From assembly GCA_028023455.1 (NCBI GenBank), contig JAQFVV010000003.1:31124001-31188000 (forward strand): a DNA stretch of 64,000 bases, read 5' to 3'. The notes beneath the pieces were generated by a model. The model was given only the letters and a program-made list of their open reading frames with translations, was not told where the DNA came from and searched no databases. Positions 12,861-24,900 of the stretch are shown piece after piece (position 1 is the first letter of the stretch; the number at the start of each line of letters is the position of its first letter). The stretch comes from Epiperipatus broadwayi (Eukaryota; Animalia; Onychophora). A program made the position numbers and the translations under genes.

Positions 12861-14870
12861 GGTTTTAATTTTTGTTAAACTTTTCTTATTTTTCAGGCCC
12901 AACCAAGAAATATCTTCATATTTAGGTAGGTTTATTGATTATCTTACTCACCTTATTTCAGACCTACTTTTACTTTAATTCTCTTTAATTTAAATATTCC
13001 ATTTTACAACTTCAATATAAAGCAGTTACTGCTAAGGTGTTTTATTATTAAAGTAACTATATAGTAAATGGCTGGAACATCATGTAACATTCAAGAATTC
13101 TAGTGGTAGACTGAGCAATGAAATTTTTTTATTATTATTTACATTACTTGGATGAAAATAGACAATAGAATCTTTATATCTGTATCCATTACTCCTTCTG
13201 TGCATTACATTAAGCAGGATATTTTTTTTGTTCATTCAATATTTCTATATTGTTTTACTCATTCAATATTTCTGCATTTCTACACACAAACAGAACCATG
13301 TAAACAACATATTGTGAAATTTTCTTTGATAGTAAACCATTTTTTTTAAAAAGTAGCTAATTTATCACTGTAGGTGATTTGTAATACATTAAAGATCAGC
13401 CTGTCAAGCTATTGTAGGTGATTTGATTACTTGGTATCATTCATTAACTGTAAAAGCTTACACTAAAATCTTTGACGTTTGGTGCATTGTGATTGTTAAG
13501 CTGTATATATATTCTTTGTATTTTTTATTTGTTTTTTAATAATAAATGTTAATTGCTATTTTTAAACAAAAATATAAAGACTCCAAGTATTTTCAAAATA
13601 CTGTAGTTCTTATATCAAGCTATACTACAAAATGTTTATCACCAAATAAGAGTATATATTTACTAATGAGATTGTAGATAATGTTATACTATATTTAGAT
13701 GCTTTCAGTGGATGTCTTTTATAAAACCAGAAGTCAAATGACCTGTGGTGGCAGTGTATTTTAAAGAAAGCCTGATCACCATTTGCTGATATTTTTAAAT
13801 CGAGTTTTCTAACAATTATTTTTGGTTTAATTAAATAAAAATTTAAAAGAACTAATCTGGAAGTCCATTTTGTAAATTTGCAATTTCCACATGAAATATT
13901 AATTAACTAATAGATATTTTTACTAAAGCATTGGGTTAAAACATGATTATGATGTAAATATATTTAATTTATTGAAATAATATCATGATATAATACTGGC
14001 TGACAAAGTTTTACAGTTGTTTTATCAAGGCAAATGTAAATACAATTTGTTTAATAACAAATGGATAATATTTCAGAGCTTTCTTATAATTTTAGATCAT
14101 AAGATGGTGGAATAAATGAACTTTTTTTGTCTTTTGCTTTTCATTTTGCTTTTATTTTATTAAAAACACTTAGATTAGTAAAGAAACTTGGTGGTATTGT
14201 GAATCTCTCATATCATCAATTATTTTCTTGCATTAACTATGCCAATAGGCTTTTTAATTTATGGAATCACATTATTCTCATTTAATTGTATAAAAATTCT
14301 GATTCCAAATTTGACCTTTCTAATTTCTTTATTTCTATCTTCATTATTTTTTTGTCTTTTAGACTTAGAATGACATAATCCTTAATGGAAAAAGTAAGTA
14401 AAAAAGTATATTTAGATTATACTTGGCAATGTTTTTCAAACAGCCGGCCAAGTAAGATATTGATCATAAGTTTGGCCACATCAGTGAAGGAAAAAATTAA
14501 CAAATATCAAATTTAATACAAAGTACATAAAAATGAATTTATTATTTTTTAAAAAATAATTTAAAAAAAAGTGGTCCTACTATAATTATTAATTAAATGT
14601 GCTGGAGAAAGTCATCAAGGATTCGTATAGACCCCAAAGAGATTGATTGCTTTGCATGCCTTCTATAAATAAACGTGTTTAAATATATGTAAAAAATTTA
14701 TTAAACTAAAAAAAAAATCATATCAATTAATAAAAATTGCAAAAAAAAATTACATATACATTAGTTTACAAAAGATTCTGCTTATATAGAAGTTCCTATA
14801 CTGCTATATATAACAAAAATAATACAATCATTAATTCTAAAATATTAAAAAATGAAATAATTGATCTTAC

Positions 14871-14928
14871 CTGGTAAAGCATGAACACAGAATAAACAAA
14901 GTAAAGCTATAATTAAAACCGTTTTCAT
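14871..14928 (-). CDS. Signal-peptide-encoding first coding exon of a putative small secreted protein (MKTVLIIALLCLFCVHALP+G)
   Basis: ATG at 14928 preceded by AAA. Basic N-terminus, hydrophobic core and A-X-A-like cleavage site (VHA|LP). Strong phase-1 donor CCAG|GTAAG at 14871/14870; acceptor TTTTTAAG| upstream at 14954. Confidence 0.6.
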
Positions 14929-17299
14929 TTTGAAGAAATGAAGCAATGTAAAACTTAAAAATAAAATAAAAAATAAAACATGAAATTAATAATTATGCTT
15001 TCAATACATTTTTTAATAAACAAATATTCTTATGCTTTGAATAAATAATATAACAAGAAGAAAGAATTGTTAAGTTTTTTAATCATCATTTTTATGTTCT
15101 CTTTTGTAAAAAAATGGGATTAATGTCATAGTTTTATGAGTCTATAGAATTTATTATAATGTAATTCCATTTTGTAATTATCTAAAAAAGACAAATTCTA
15201 TATATCATCCCAGACATTTCTATATCTTTATACCTTTTGAAATATTTGTAAAATATGCATAGATATGCCATATTTTTTAGATTACCTTAGCTTTATGCTT
15301 CTACTATCTTTCTTACCCTCAAAATTTGTGCCAACACATCCCTCAAAACTCATCTACCTCTAAATTCAAAACCCATTGAATTTTTTTCCAATAAATATTT
15401 TTATTTCTTTCTATTTCAGTTCTTTTACATTTATAATCTTATTTCACCAAAATATAATTCCATTTATTTCCAACTATATTTTTTTTTATAGAATTATAAA
15501 AGATTTTTTTTGTCTATAAATATTTTGTTTGCATTGAGTTTTATTTTCTTCAATAGTATTTTAATACAATAATCTATGTAACATCATATCAAAACTGCCT
15601 TTGATAAAAACTTCATTATCATTTTCATTATTTTTTATTAACTGAAAGTTGGTTTTTAACATTTTGAAGAATATTTTTGTTATTAAAATTTATGTTGTAT
15701 TTAAATTTGTAATAAAAATATAGATGTAATAGAAAACCTTATTTATTTTATAATAAATACATTTTTTACCTCAAGACAAAATGGAATTTTTTTCTATTGA
15801 TTATTTATTTGTTTATTATTACTTTTATTTATTTGTAAAGCTAAATATGTGGTGTTCTTTTAAAAAATAGAAACATAATGAAGAATAATTTTTATTTCAA
15901 TAAAAAATTAAACAGTAAGAAAAAGTTTTTACTGCTAATGGCACACATGAAATTGATAAAATATTAACTTAGTTAATAGCCTTAGAATCATGAATCTTTA
16001 TTTTAAAAAAGATTTTTTAACTTTACATTCTATGAAAGAAGACATTTTTAGCTTGCTGAAAGATAATATTATGACCCTTTCCTTCATGAGTATGTAATTT
16101 CAAATTAAGATATTTATTTTTTACTTTTAAATTTTTTTACTTTTTCTTTAAATTTGAATTACTTTGGCCTTTATACAAATTTTTACAAAACAAGGAATAA
16201 TATAAACAACTTCAGGAAAAATATTTCTTTCAAATTCTTTCTTGTTTATATTATTTTTACTTTATTAATAAACATTTATGACTTTTGAAGTTATAAACTT
16301 GTTTATAGTCCTTTTATTATTAAAACTAATTGGAATATGAATTAAAATTGAGGATAATATTTAGCTATTTTGCATTTTACTTCACATTTGAAAAGTCTGC
16401 CTTACCAAGAAAAGCATTGATACTGACTTTATAATTTAATTTTGATAATAATTTAATTGTAAAATAAAATACTTTATTATAGTGACTAGTTATCTTTTAG
16501 CATATATATATATTGAATGAAATGTAATAAATTAAAATTCCATACATAAAAATATGTAACTAAAAGTAGTAAACTATTTACCTAAGGCTAAGATTAAATA
16601 ACATTCTCTATACTAATAAAGAATCAAGAACAAAATGGATCTATTCTACTCTTGATTCTTTGTTAACCTACAGAATGTTATTTATTTATAGTATGAGGAA
16701 GAGCAATTTAGTCCTTAATATCATATATATTAAGCTGTGCTAATTTTATATTTACATTTATTAGTTTCAATGTGATTCTTAAAAATAAGGTTATTAAAAT
16801 AAGATTCTGTCTCCATCCTTGTATCATTGATTATTAATTTAATATCTACTAATATCATATTTTCACCTGGATCATGCATTTATTCTACTCTGAATTTCTA
16901 CTATATTATATTCTTGAACTTTTTTGACATGCAGAATGTTATTTAGTCATAGTCCAAAGGAGTTTGATTTATTCCTTATAAGTTCACATAGATTGAGTTA
17001 TGCTAATTTCGTGTTCATATATATATATATAGTAAAACAGTTAGTTGCATAGTGGTTTGTCCAATTGGAGTATAAAACTGCTTACATGGTTATTGGTAAT
17101 TGATATAAAACAATTGATTCATTGCGAATGAGGAGTAGTAAGAATCTAGATTTTATCTAGATTATTTTCTTTTCCATTACAAATAGCTGCCCAATGTGGA
17201 GTGATGCAGTAATGAATAATAGATACTAGATTAATCCCATTATTTACCATTACAATATATATATTAAACAAAACAAGTTATAAATTTCGTAACTTGCTT

Positions 17300-17596
17300 T
17301 GATCACTAGATGGAGCTTTACCAATAGCTCCTAACAAGCTTTGTTTACAAAAACGCCAAAAGAGATAGAATTCAATAACTCTTTCGTTGTCTCCCACCTC
17401 CAGACCATGGTTTTCAGCTAGTTGGCTCACATCAGTAAAGGGTTGGAAGACTAGAAACTAGATCTAGTCTTCCAACCCTTCATTGACATGAGCCAGAGGT
17501 GGGAGACAATGAAAGAAATATTGAATTCTCTCTCTCTCAGCATTTATGTAAACAAAGCTTGTTAGGAGCTATTGGTAAATCTCCATCTAGTGATCA
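17300..17596. mobile_element. Near-perfect palindromic insertion (family F2), PLE/retrozyme-like
   Basis: Arms 17300-17455 and 17463-17596 with a 7-nt loop; the right arm has a ~22-nt deletion. Shares AAAGCTTGTT.AG(G)AGCTATTG and upstream blocks with the palindrome at 29641-29858. Confidence 0.85.
17397..17441 (-). ncRNA. Variant/degenerate type I hammerhead (F2)
   Basis: Minus strand CCTTTA CTGATGT G AGC-CAACTA-GCT GAAA ACCATGG TC TGGAGG. Stem I reads CCTTCA/TGGAGG using the right-arm allele; palindromic ACCATGGT; GUC triplet. Departs from consensus at A9 and has one extra A. Confidence 0.5.
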
Positions 17597-19896
17597 TATA
17601 TATATATACAAAAAAGTAAAAAATATAAACATATTTTTGATTCCTTTCCTTTATGTATACAATTGCATGTTATGCTAACATTTTGGTTAGATTACATTTG
17701 TCTTCATCGGGATAGAAGTAATTCATTATATTTTTTATATAAACTGAAACATTTTTAATAAATGAGAATTATATTTTTAAAATCTGGTCAAAATTTGAAG
17801 TCACATTGTTTCCAAGGTAACAAGCAATTAAAACTGTTTGTGCAGGTTGAAATGATAGATCATTGTCAAAAGTGAAGTTTTTAAATGAGTTTTGTAGCTG
17901 TATGCAAGTTACAAATATACATATATAATATTCTTCATACTTTCAGACTACAATATATATTTGTGGGTGATTGTTACAAAGTTTAACCATTACATTTGCT
18001 ATTTTGAGCAAGTGTTTAAAATATCTACATAGCTGATGAGTCAATTACCTTTGAAGAAATACTTATTATTTGTGCATTTATTTGTGAAATCTGGTTATAT
18101 ATAATAGTAGGTTACTAGTTTGAGAATAAGCATTACTAGCAAGTAAAATATATTTCCATTATTATATATATTTTTTAAAAATTTCTATTAAATTCTATTA
18201 CATTTTCAAACAAATAAATATAAACATAAAAAAGGCAAATAATTTCCAAGATGCATTTATGCTGAATTAGATTTATAAGATATCATAGAGATACTTTCAA
18301 AAATATAATTCTTTCACAAGCATAATATGATTACCAGATTTTACAAGAATTATATACTTGTAAAATTAAAATAATATCAAACATGCACAAGATTTATAAT
18401 AATTGATATATTGATCTTTAATTTAGCTTAAAATTTATGGCTGAGATAATATAAAGTAATAATCTCTACCCTATTAAATAATTATTTATAATATTGATGC
18501 AATTATAATTATCATTACAGTTATGCAAGAATTGTATACTTGTAGATTACATCATAATTTATATATGTTGTGACAGTAAAAATCTGTTTTGATATTACTG
18601 ATTATCCATGATTTGGTATCGTACTCTTCTTAGGTTTTCAATTGTGTAGAATATCAAGCACTTTCTGTAAAAATATCGATAATGATCAGTCATGCATGGA
18701 TTATTAAAAAAATGATAGCTTTTAAAGAATTATTTTCTTTATAATAACAATCTTTATTATATTCTAAACGGATGTTAATGTGAATGTCACTGACTGGTTA
18801 CATGGGAAGAAATGAATCAGCTGAACACATAGTTATATATACTATATATTTCCCAGAATTCCAGATCAGTGAAAAACAAGACACAGTCGCCTAAATTAAA
18901 CGAATATGCAAGTAGGTAATGTATCAAAGAATAATAACTAATAAAACAACTAAGATTTAATTTAAATACGAGTAAGAATCACTGTTAGTCTTTATGTAAA
19001 TAAATATGCAATCAAAGTATTAGGCATCAATGATAATAAAATAATCATCATTATATATCAAAAATTCTTAGGATAAAATATACATTTAGAATTAATAAAA
19101 CGTGTTTTAGAGAACAATTATTCTCATCATATAGCTTAATCATTTTTCTATGATATTCGATTTTAAATTTAATCTTTAGTTAGCACAACAGCAACAGAAA
19201 TATTTTACTTAGAACAGGATCTTTTTGCTGACTGAAAGAAAACTCCTTTGTTTAATAAAACTAAATCTATGCCCAACAATAAGATTCTATTTAACTATAT
19301 ATATATATGTAGGTGCACAAGTATTACTGCAAATCAGGTCTAAAATTATAATATATATATATTCACATCAAGAAAATCTAATTTTAATATCCGGAATTAT
19401 TTTACCTCAATATTATATAATTATTATTTCTATCTACTGTGTTTAAAGTAATTTATACTAAATTCACATTTATTTGATATTACTAATATATAATAATGGT
19501 TTAAAAAATATTTTCCTTAATTTTCCTTCAAGTTCCAGTATTTCTCTTCTTTTTATTTTTTTAAATGTAAAACTTTATTAATAATAACAATATTTAAATT
19601 AATATATTAAAAAAATTTAAGTTTCTGTAAGAGAATAAACACATTATAAATTTAGAACAAATTTATTTCTTTTTAACAAATATTCTTGATATTTTGGTCA
19701 TTGCTGACGATGTGATTTAAAAATTACACTATTTCTGAAATTGTATGTAATAACTTTTTTACGGTTTATAAAAGTAATAAAGCTATTAAATGTTGTTGGA
19801 TGTTATGCCTTAACCATGATGCTTTTAGAAAAAAAAGACATAAACTAGTCCTGATTTTTTTTAAAGATAATGTATATATATATTTCATGTGTCAAA

Positions 19897-19975
19897 GCAT
19901 TGGCCGGGAAGCGAACCCGCAAACCCGGGACAACTGCTTGTAAGGCAGCTGTGCTGACCATTCGACCACCAACGC
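19897..19975 (-). pseudogene. tRNA-Gly(TCC)-derived pseudogene or SINE head with TAC anticodon and T-arm insertion
   Basis: Minus strand GCGTTGGTGGTCGAATGGTCAGCACAGCTGCCTTACAAGCAGTTGTCCCGGGTTTGCGGGTTCGCTTCCCGGCCAATGC closely follows the conserved eukaryotic tRNA-Gly(TCC) body. Anticodon is TAC and there is an 8-nt duplication before the B box. Confidence 0.8.
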
Positions 19976-20439
19976 CTTTATTGTCAAATAATTAAAAAAA
20001 TCTTTATTCTTTTGAAAAATAACAATTGTTTTATAGCAATACTTTGCTTTGCTAATTCAAAAATATATACAGTATTATAATTAATGTATTATATCCACAA
20101 TATTTATCACAAAGAAACTTGCGAGACCAAAATTAAATTTAAATTAATCACTAGTGTTCTGATTAGTAAGAATATTTTGAAAAAGACCAACAAAAATTTT
20201 AGTCAGAATTGTGTCACACAAAGTTTTTGAGTTCTACATAGAATTTTATCAGTAGATAGTAAGTTTCTGGAGATTAACAAAATATATGACCCCATATATA
20301 TTGTTCTAAGAGACCCTTGCAATTATTTAATATTTAGCTTATCTATTAAGTCAGTATCTGTTAAGAATATCTTCTCAGCATGTAGTAATATACTTATCAA
20401 TAACAACATGATTAAGCAGCAGAAAAATAGAATATTGTT

Positions 20440-21000
20440 GCCATATATTGCAAATGCCCATAGAAAACTACACACAGTATTTAATAGTTTCAACTATATT
20501 TTCACACACACCCCCTAATACTAATAGAATTATCAACAATACCTTAAAATGATATAGAGACAGCCAACAACCTTTCTCAAGCCATCTATAATATTTCATG
20601 CCTGGACAACAATTGCATGGCATCGTATTATGGAGAAATGGAAGCTCCTCTCTCTACAAAATTGTCCCAGCACAGATACTCTTACAACAAAACCCAAGCA
20701 AACCCAACATGCAGTTCAATATTCATGATGCATCATAAATCAGCCAGTCACATATGTGAACCTGATAACCAAGAGTGATTTGTAGGGAGAGAAGTGATGT
20801 TAAAAGAAAAGTTAAGAAGGCATGTTTTATTGCCATAAATGATACAGCTATAAATAGGAAAGATGCATGTTATAAAATGTCTAAGAAATGGATTAATTAG
20901 ATTTACATGTATGGTTCTATTAATTTACATGTATTTGCATATGCTTACTCTTTATTGTCCATGATTATGAGAGCTAAGTTCTCTTGAAAGCACTCAGGAA
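20440..21000 (+). mobile_element. Penelope-like element 3' remnant (GIY-YIG endonuclease + pLTR)
   Basis: Translation ~20575-20830 AIYNISCLDNNCMASYYGEMEAPLSTKLSQH...SSIFMMHHKSASH matches the PLE GIY-YIG pattern IY.I.C..C...YxG.T...L..R..EH...H...H; followed by a decayed hammerhead. Confidence 0.65.
20957..21000 (+). ncRNA. Degenerate hammerhead in the PLE pLTR
   Basis: GTCC ATGATTA T GAGAG-CTAAGTT-CTCTT GAAA GCAC TC AGGA; helix III AGCACT is consistent with AGCGCT after CpG decay. Core mutated. Confidence 0.4.
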
Positions 21001-21985
21001 CTAATTATTATGTATTTATAATTTATGCTAATTTTTATAAGATTTGAAATACCAGGTAAGCAAGCAGCAGAGTGTGAAATAATTTCTATTTAAAAATTAA
21101 GTGAAGTATAATCTTAAAAATCTTAAAAATATATACAAATGTAACAACGTATAATATAGTTCTTAAGAAAGAAGAAAATTGTTTAAAGTAAAACAATCTT
21201 CTCTACAAATATATTAATAAATAAATGTTTTAAAGAATATATGATTTGATCAGAAAATGTTATTTATTTCGTTAAAGACCTATTTTTCCTATTCTGGAGC
21301 TATCTATTGTAAGCTTGAATAACTTCTAGACATCAGATAGTACACCAATATAAAAGCTTTTATTTCCAAATTAGTATCTGATTTCTACATTCATAAGTAA
21401 AAAATAATATTCAAGCTGAAATCAATGCTCTTTTTGAAAAGCTAGATATTGTCTTTTCATGGGATATCTACATCACTACATACTAAATGGTATTTACATT
21501 TATTGACTCCTTAAAGTTATAATTAATAGTTCTTAGAAGCATATATGTGTAAGCATATGAAAAAATCATGTGATATTGTTCTTTACCTACTTGAAGAATA
21601 AAAGAGTCCATAGTTGTCATAAAATTTATAAAAATTAATATGGTATCATATCTATATAACTATGCAAGTGAGTTAGCTTGCTTTCAAATCTTAATGTTTT
21701 TTTCTTTGAAATTTAAGGATATTATAAAAAGGTAAATGGTAGATTTTGCATAAAGACATTGAAAATCCAGCTTTGAATCCTAGTTTTCACTGACAAATAT
21801 GAAAGCCACAGAACTATTTTAAAGATGAGGATTTTATAGGAATATGTAATATGATACCCATTGATTACTCAAACATACAATAAATAGTTGTAGAATAGAC
21901 TGAAGATAATTGCTTTTGGAAAAGTTATGAAATATTGTTGCTGGTATATTTCCTTGAAGATGTTAAATAAAAAAGTTGCTGTGAC

Positions 21986-24900
21986 ATTATTATTATTATC
22001 ATTATCATTATTATTACTGTAATTATAATTATGTTTTAAAGACTTTATTTAGTAAACAATGGTTACATTTGTTCTTATATATACATGCAGGTATGATCTA
22101 GTTATTAAGTTTAATGTACAGGCTGGATTTATGATATTATGTCAAGAGGTTAGAGTCTGGACTGGGATTTTAAGAGGAACCATATAGCTTCAAAAATGTT
22201 TGGGTGGGCTGTCTTGCTGTTTCTGGTTCTTATCTGCTCAATCTTATTGGAGAAGATAGCCAGGTGGCATCTAATGTTGTTATCAAGGCAGAAAGTACAT
22301 CTTGTACACCAAAATACATCAAGACTAAATATAGCTGAATGGATAGCATGTGTGGAACATTAATGAAATGTTTCAATTATGCTGTTGAGCATAATCCTGC
22401 TGTGCCTATATGTATTCAACATGATCTTTTTTGTTAATGCCAGATATTTCCAATTGTGGAGTAGATGTAATTGTGTTTCCTCCTCTCTATGGCACAGCTG
22501 CAGAAAAGGTTAATGTTGATATATAGTCTGTGATATTGGAGAAATTGGGTGGATAAGGCATGTAAGTTGAGCTTAAACAAATAGTTGCAGAATTTGGACT
22601 TCAATGACCATTGCTTAAATCGACGAAGCAAGCATCTGTTAATTGATAGCATTGGAGATTGTCAACAGGTTGATTTGGGTATAGAATGTTATATGTAGAC
22701 CAATAGGTAAATTTAATTGCATTAAATTGGAGTATTTGATTGTGAATTTCTTGAAATTGGTTTATGAGGAATGATAGAAATCCATGTACCAGAGAGGAGT
22801 AGTCTATAGATATTATATGTAAGATACATTCAAGTTCTGAAAAGTGTTGTGCAATGGATTCTAGAAGATTTATGACTTTTTAAATATAAATACTCAGATG
22901 CTATGAAGACCTAGTGCATTCTAGATTGCAGAGAGACTTATACATTTTCCAGAAATATAGATCATTTTTCAGCACCATGGCATCTTGCTCTACAGTGAGG
23001 AGATTGATGAAATAAATGCTTTAGTGAAATTAATGATTGGTAAAAAGATGTAGAGGAGATTGATGAAATAAATGCTTTAGTGAAATTAATGATTGGTAAA
23101 AAGATAATTTTTTAATTACTAACTGGTTGAAAAGGCAAACTTGTGAGTATAATGAGAGATGTTTTGTACAGGAAGGCAGTTATTTATTCAGCATCATCTC
23201 GTAGCTTGTTCTGAATTTTTTCTCTCCTACTGGTAGTTATTAAATAGAAATTAAAAGACAATAAAAGCAGTAGGTTTATTTGATAGATTTATGCATGTTG
23301 TTTGTATAGAGAAACCAAGCAGAAGTTTTATTAACATTAAATTTGAGCTTAAAGTCAGTAGTATAATCATTAAGGATTTTTTTAAAATAGACAATTGTTT
23401 TTTAAAAGCAAGAAAGATGGTTATGTCATCCATATAAGCTAGGTATGATATAGATACTCAAGTATGTGGAATTTGTACACCTGTTGTTTTATTTACAAGG
23501 AGATTCTTATATATCATAAATAATAAGACCCTAGTGATGATCCTTGAAATACTTATATTGATTGACTAGGGACAAATGAAAGTGATAATCTTCCATTGAG
23601 AGTAATGTAAATTTCCAGCTCAGTAGTAGGTTGGGTTTGGCTTGGATTAAAATATCTATAGGCATTAAATCAGATGCAGCTTCAATGTCAGTTTGGAAAG
23701 TCATTGGAGCATACTTTTTAATCTCAAATGGAATTCAAAATTATTTTTAAATAGAAGTGCAGCTTGGCATGCAGAAGAACCTTTCTTTGTGAATTACATT
23801 TTTCCCTACAGAACCTTCTCAGTAATTTTGATGCCAAGAGGACCCATGGAGATATGATGTAAATAAGAGAGTTGGATATTGGAGTCAGTTTTTTGTTGAA
23901 TGGAACTAAAGGGATAGGGTATAATCCTTGTAAATGATACAGATTTTGTAAGAGAGAATTTTCCAGGTCACATAGTTATATACTGGTTAAGTGTGAGAAA
24001 ACAATCTAGGTATTCCATTGAGTCCAGGATAACAAATGTCAGATATAATGGCTAGCTTGAGTGCAAAGCAGTAGAGTGAAAGGGGGTATCAGATTCAGGT
24101 CAAACAAAGATAACAATAGGTTATCTGAAAACCCTATGTGCTTGTAACTTTTGTTTGAAATGATGATATATTGGCTCTATCATATTATATGCAGCCCTGA
24201 TCACTCCAGCAGTTTCCTGTGCTAAGGGAACCCTTGTAGTAGATGGATAGCTACAGCCCATCAAATTTACCCTCTTGTTCAAGTGTGCTGTTGTGTTAAG
24301 CATATTGTTATTGGTTATCAGGTATTCTTTTAAGATGTTACAGACATTGTTATATGCTTCAGTGAGTTTCTTGAGGTGTGGTGCATGTGTCAAGAGTAGA
24401 TCAACTGATTGTAATTCTCTTGTGCAGCTCATAAGCTAAGGCTAGCAATTTAGAGGATATCAGGGATTGTATGCAAGATGTGATTGATATTAAAAGATAA
24501 CATGCTTATAAATAAGATATAATGCTGCACTGAATTAAAAGGCATGTCTTTGAGTTTATAAAGCATAGTATGCATTTCCATGTATAGAAATTCAGTGGTT
24601 TGTGCAGGGAGATAGATTCTTGTTGTTCGTGTAAATGAATAGATGAGGTGGACATATCTTTGAGATCAAGTACAGGCATTTAAGCAGAGTGATCAGAGAA
24701 TGGTGAAGGCTAAAAGATTAGGTTGATTTAATGATGAAGCATAGGAGAGTAAAATCATAAAACTATGAGGGAGGCATGGCAGTTGTTGTAGAATGAAATT
24801 AAGTTGTGTGAAAAAAAACCCTTCACTATTCATAAGACATAATACAATTAGATGTAACCATTTTGTAACAAAGACTTGCTAACTTCATGTTAAATTTCCC

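Noticed and set aside
14436-14490. Minus-strand CCTTCACTGATGTGGCCAA...TTGGCC...GAAA resembling the F2 hammerhead start
   Set aside because: There are extra bases between stem II and GAAA, no palindromic helix III and no stem I partner, so it cannot be called a ribozyme.
18033-18062. CTGATGAGTC motif
   Set aside because: No stem II closure followed by GAAA and no stem I or III; a chance match.
18630-18706. Plus-strand terminal exon candidate FQLCRISSTFCKNIDNDQSCMDY*
   Set aside because: The acceptor is moderate, a second frame is also open, and no upstream phase-1 exon could be linked to it.
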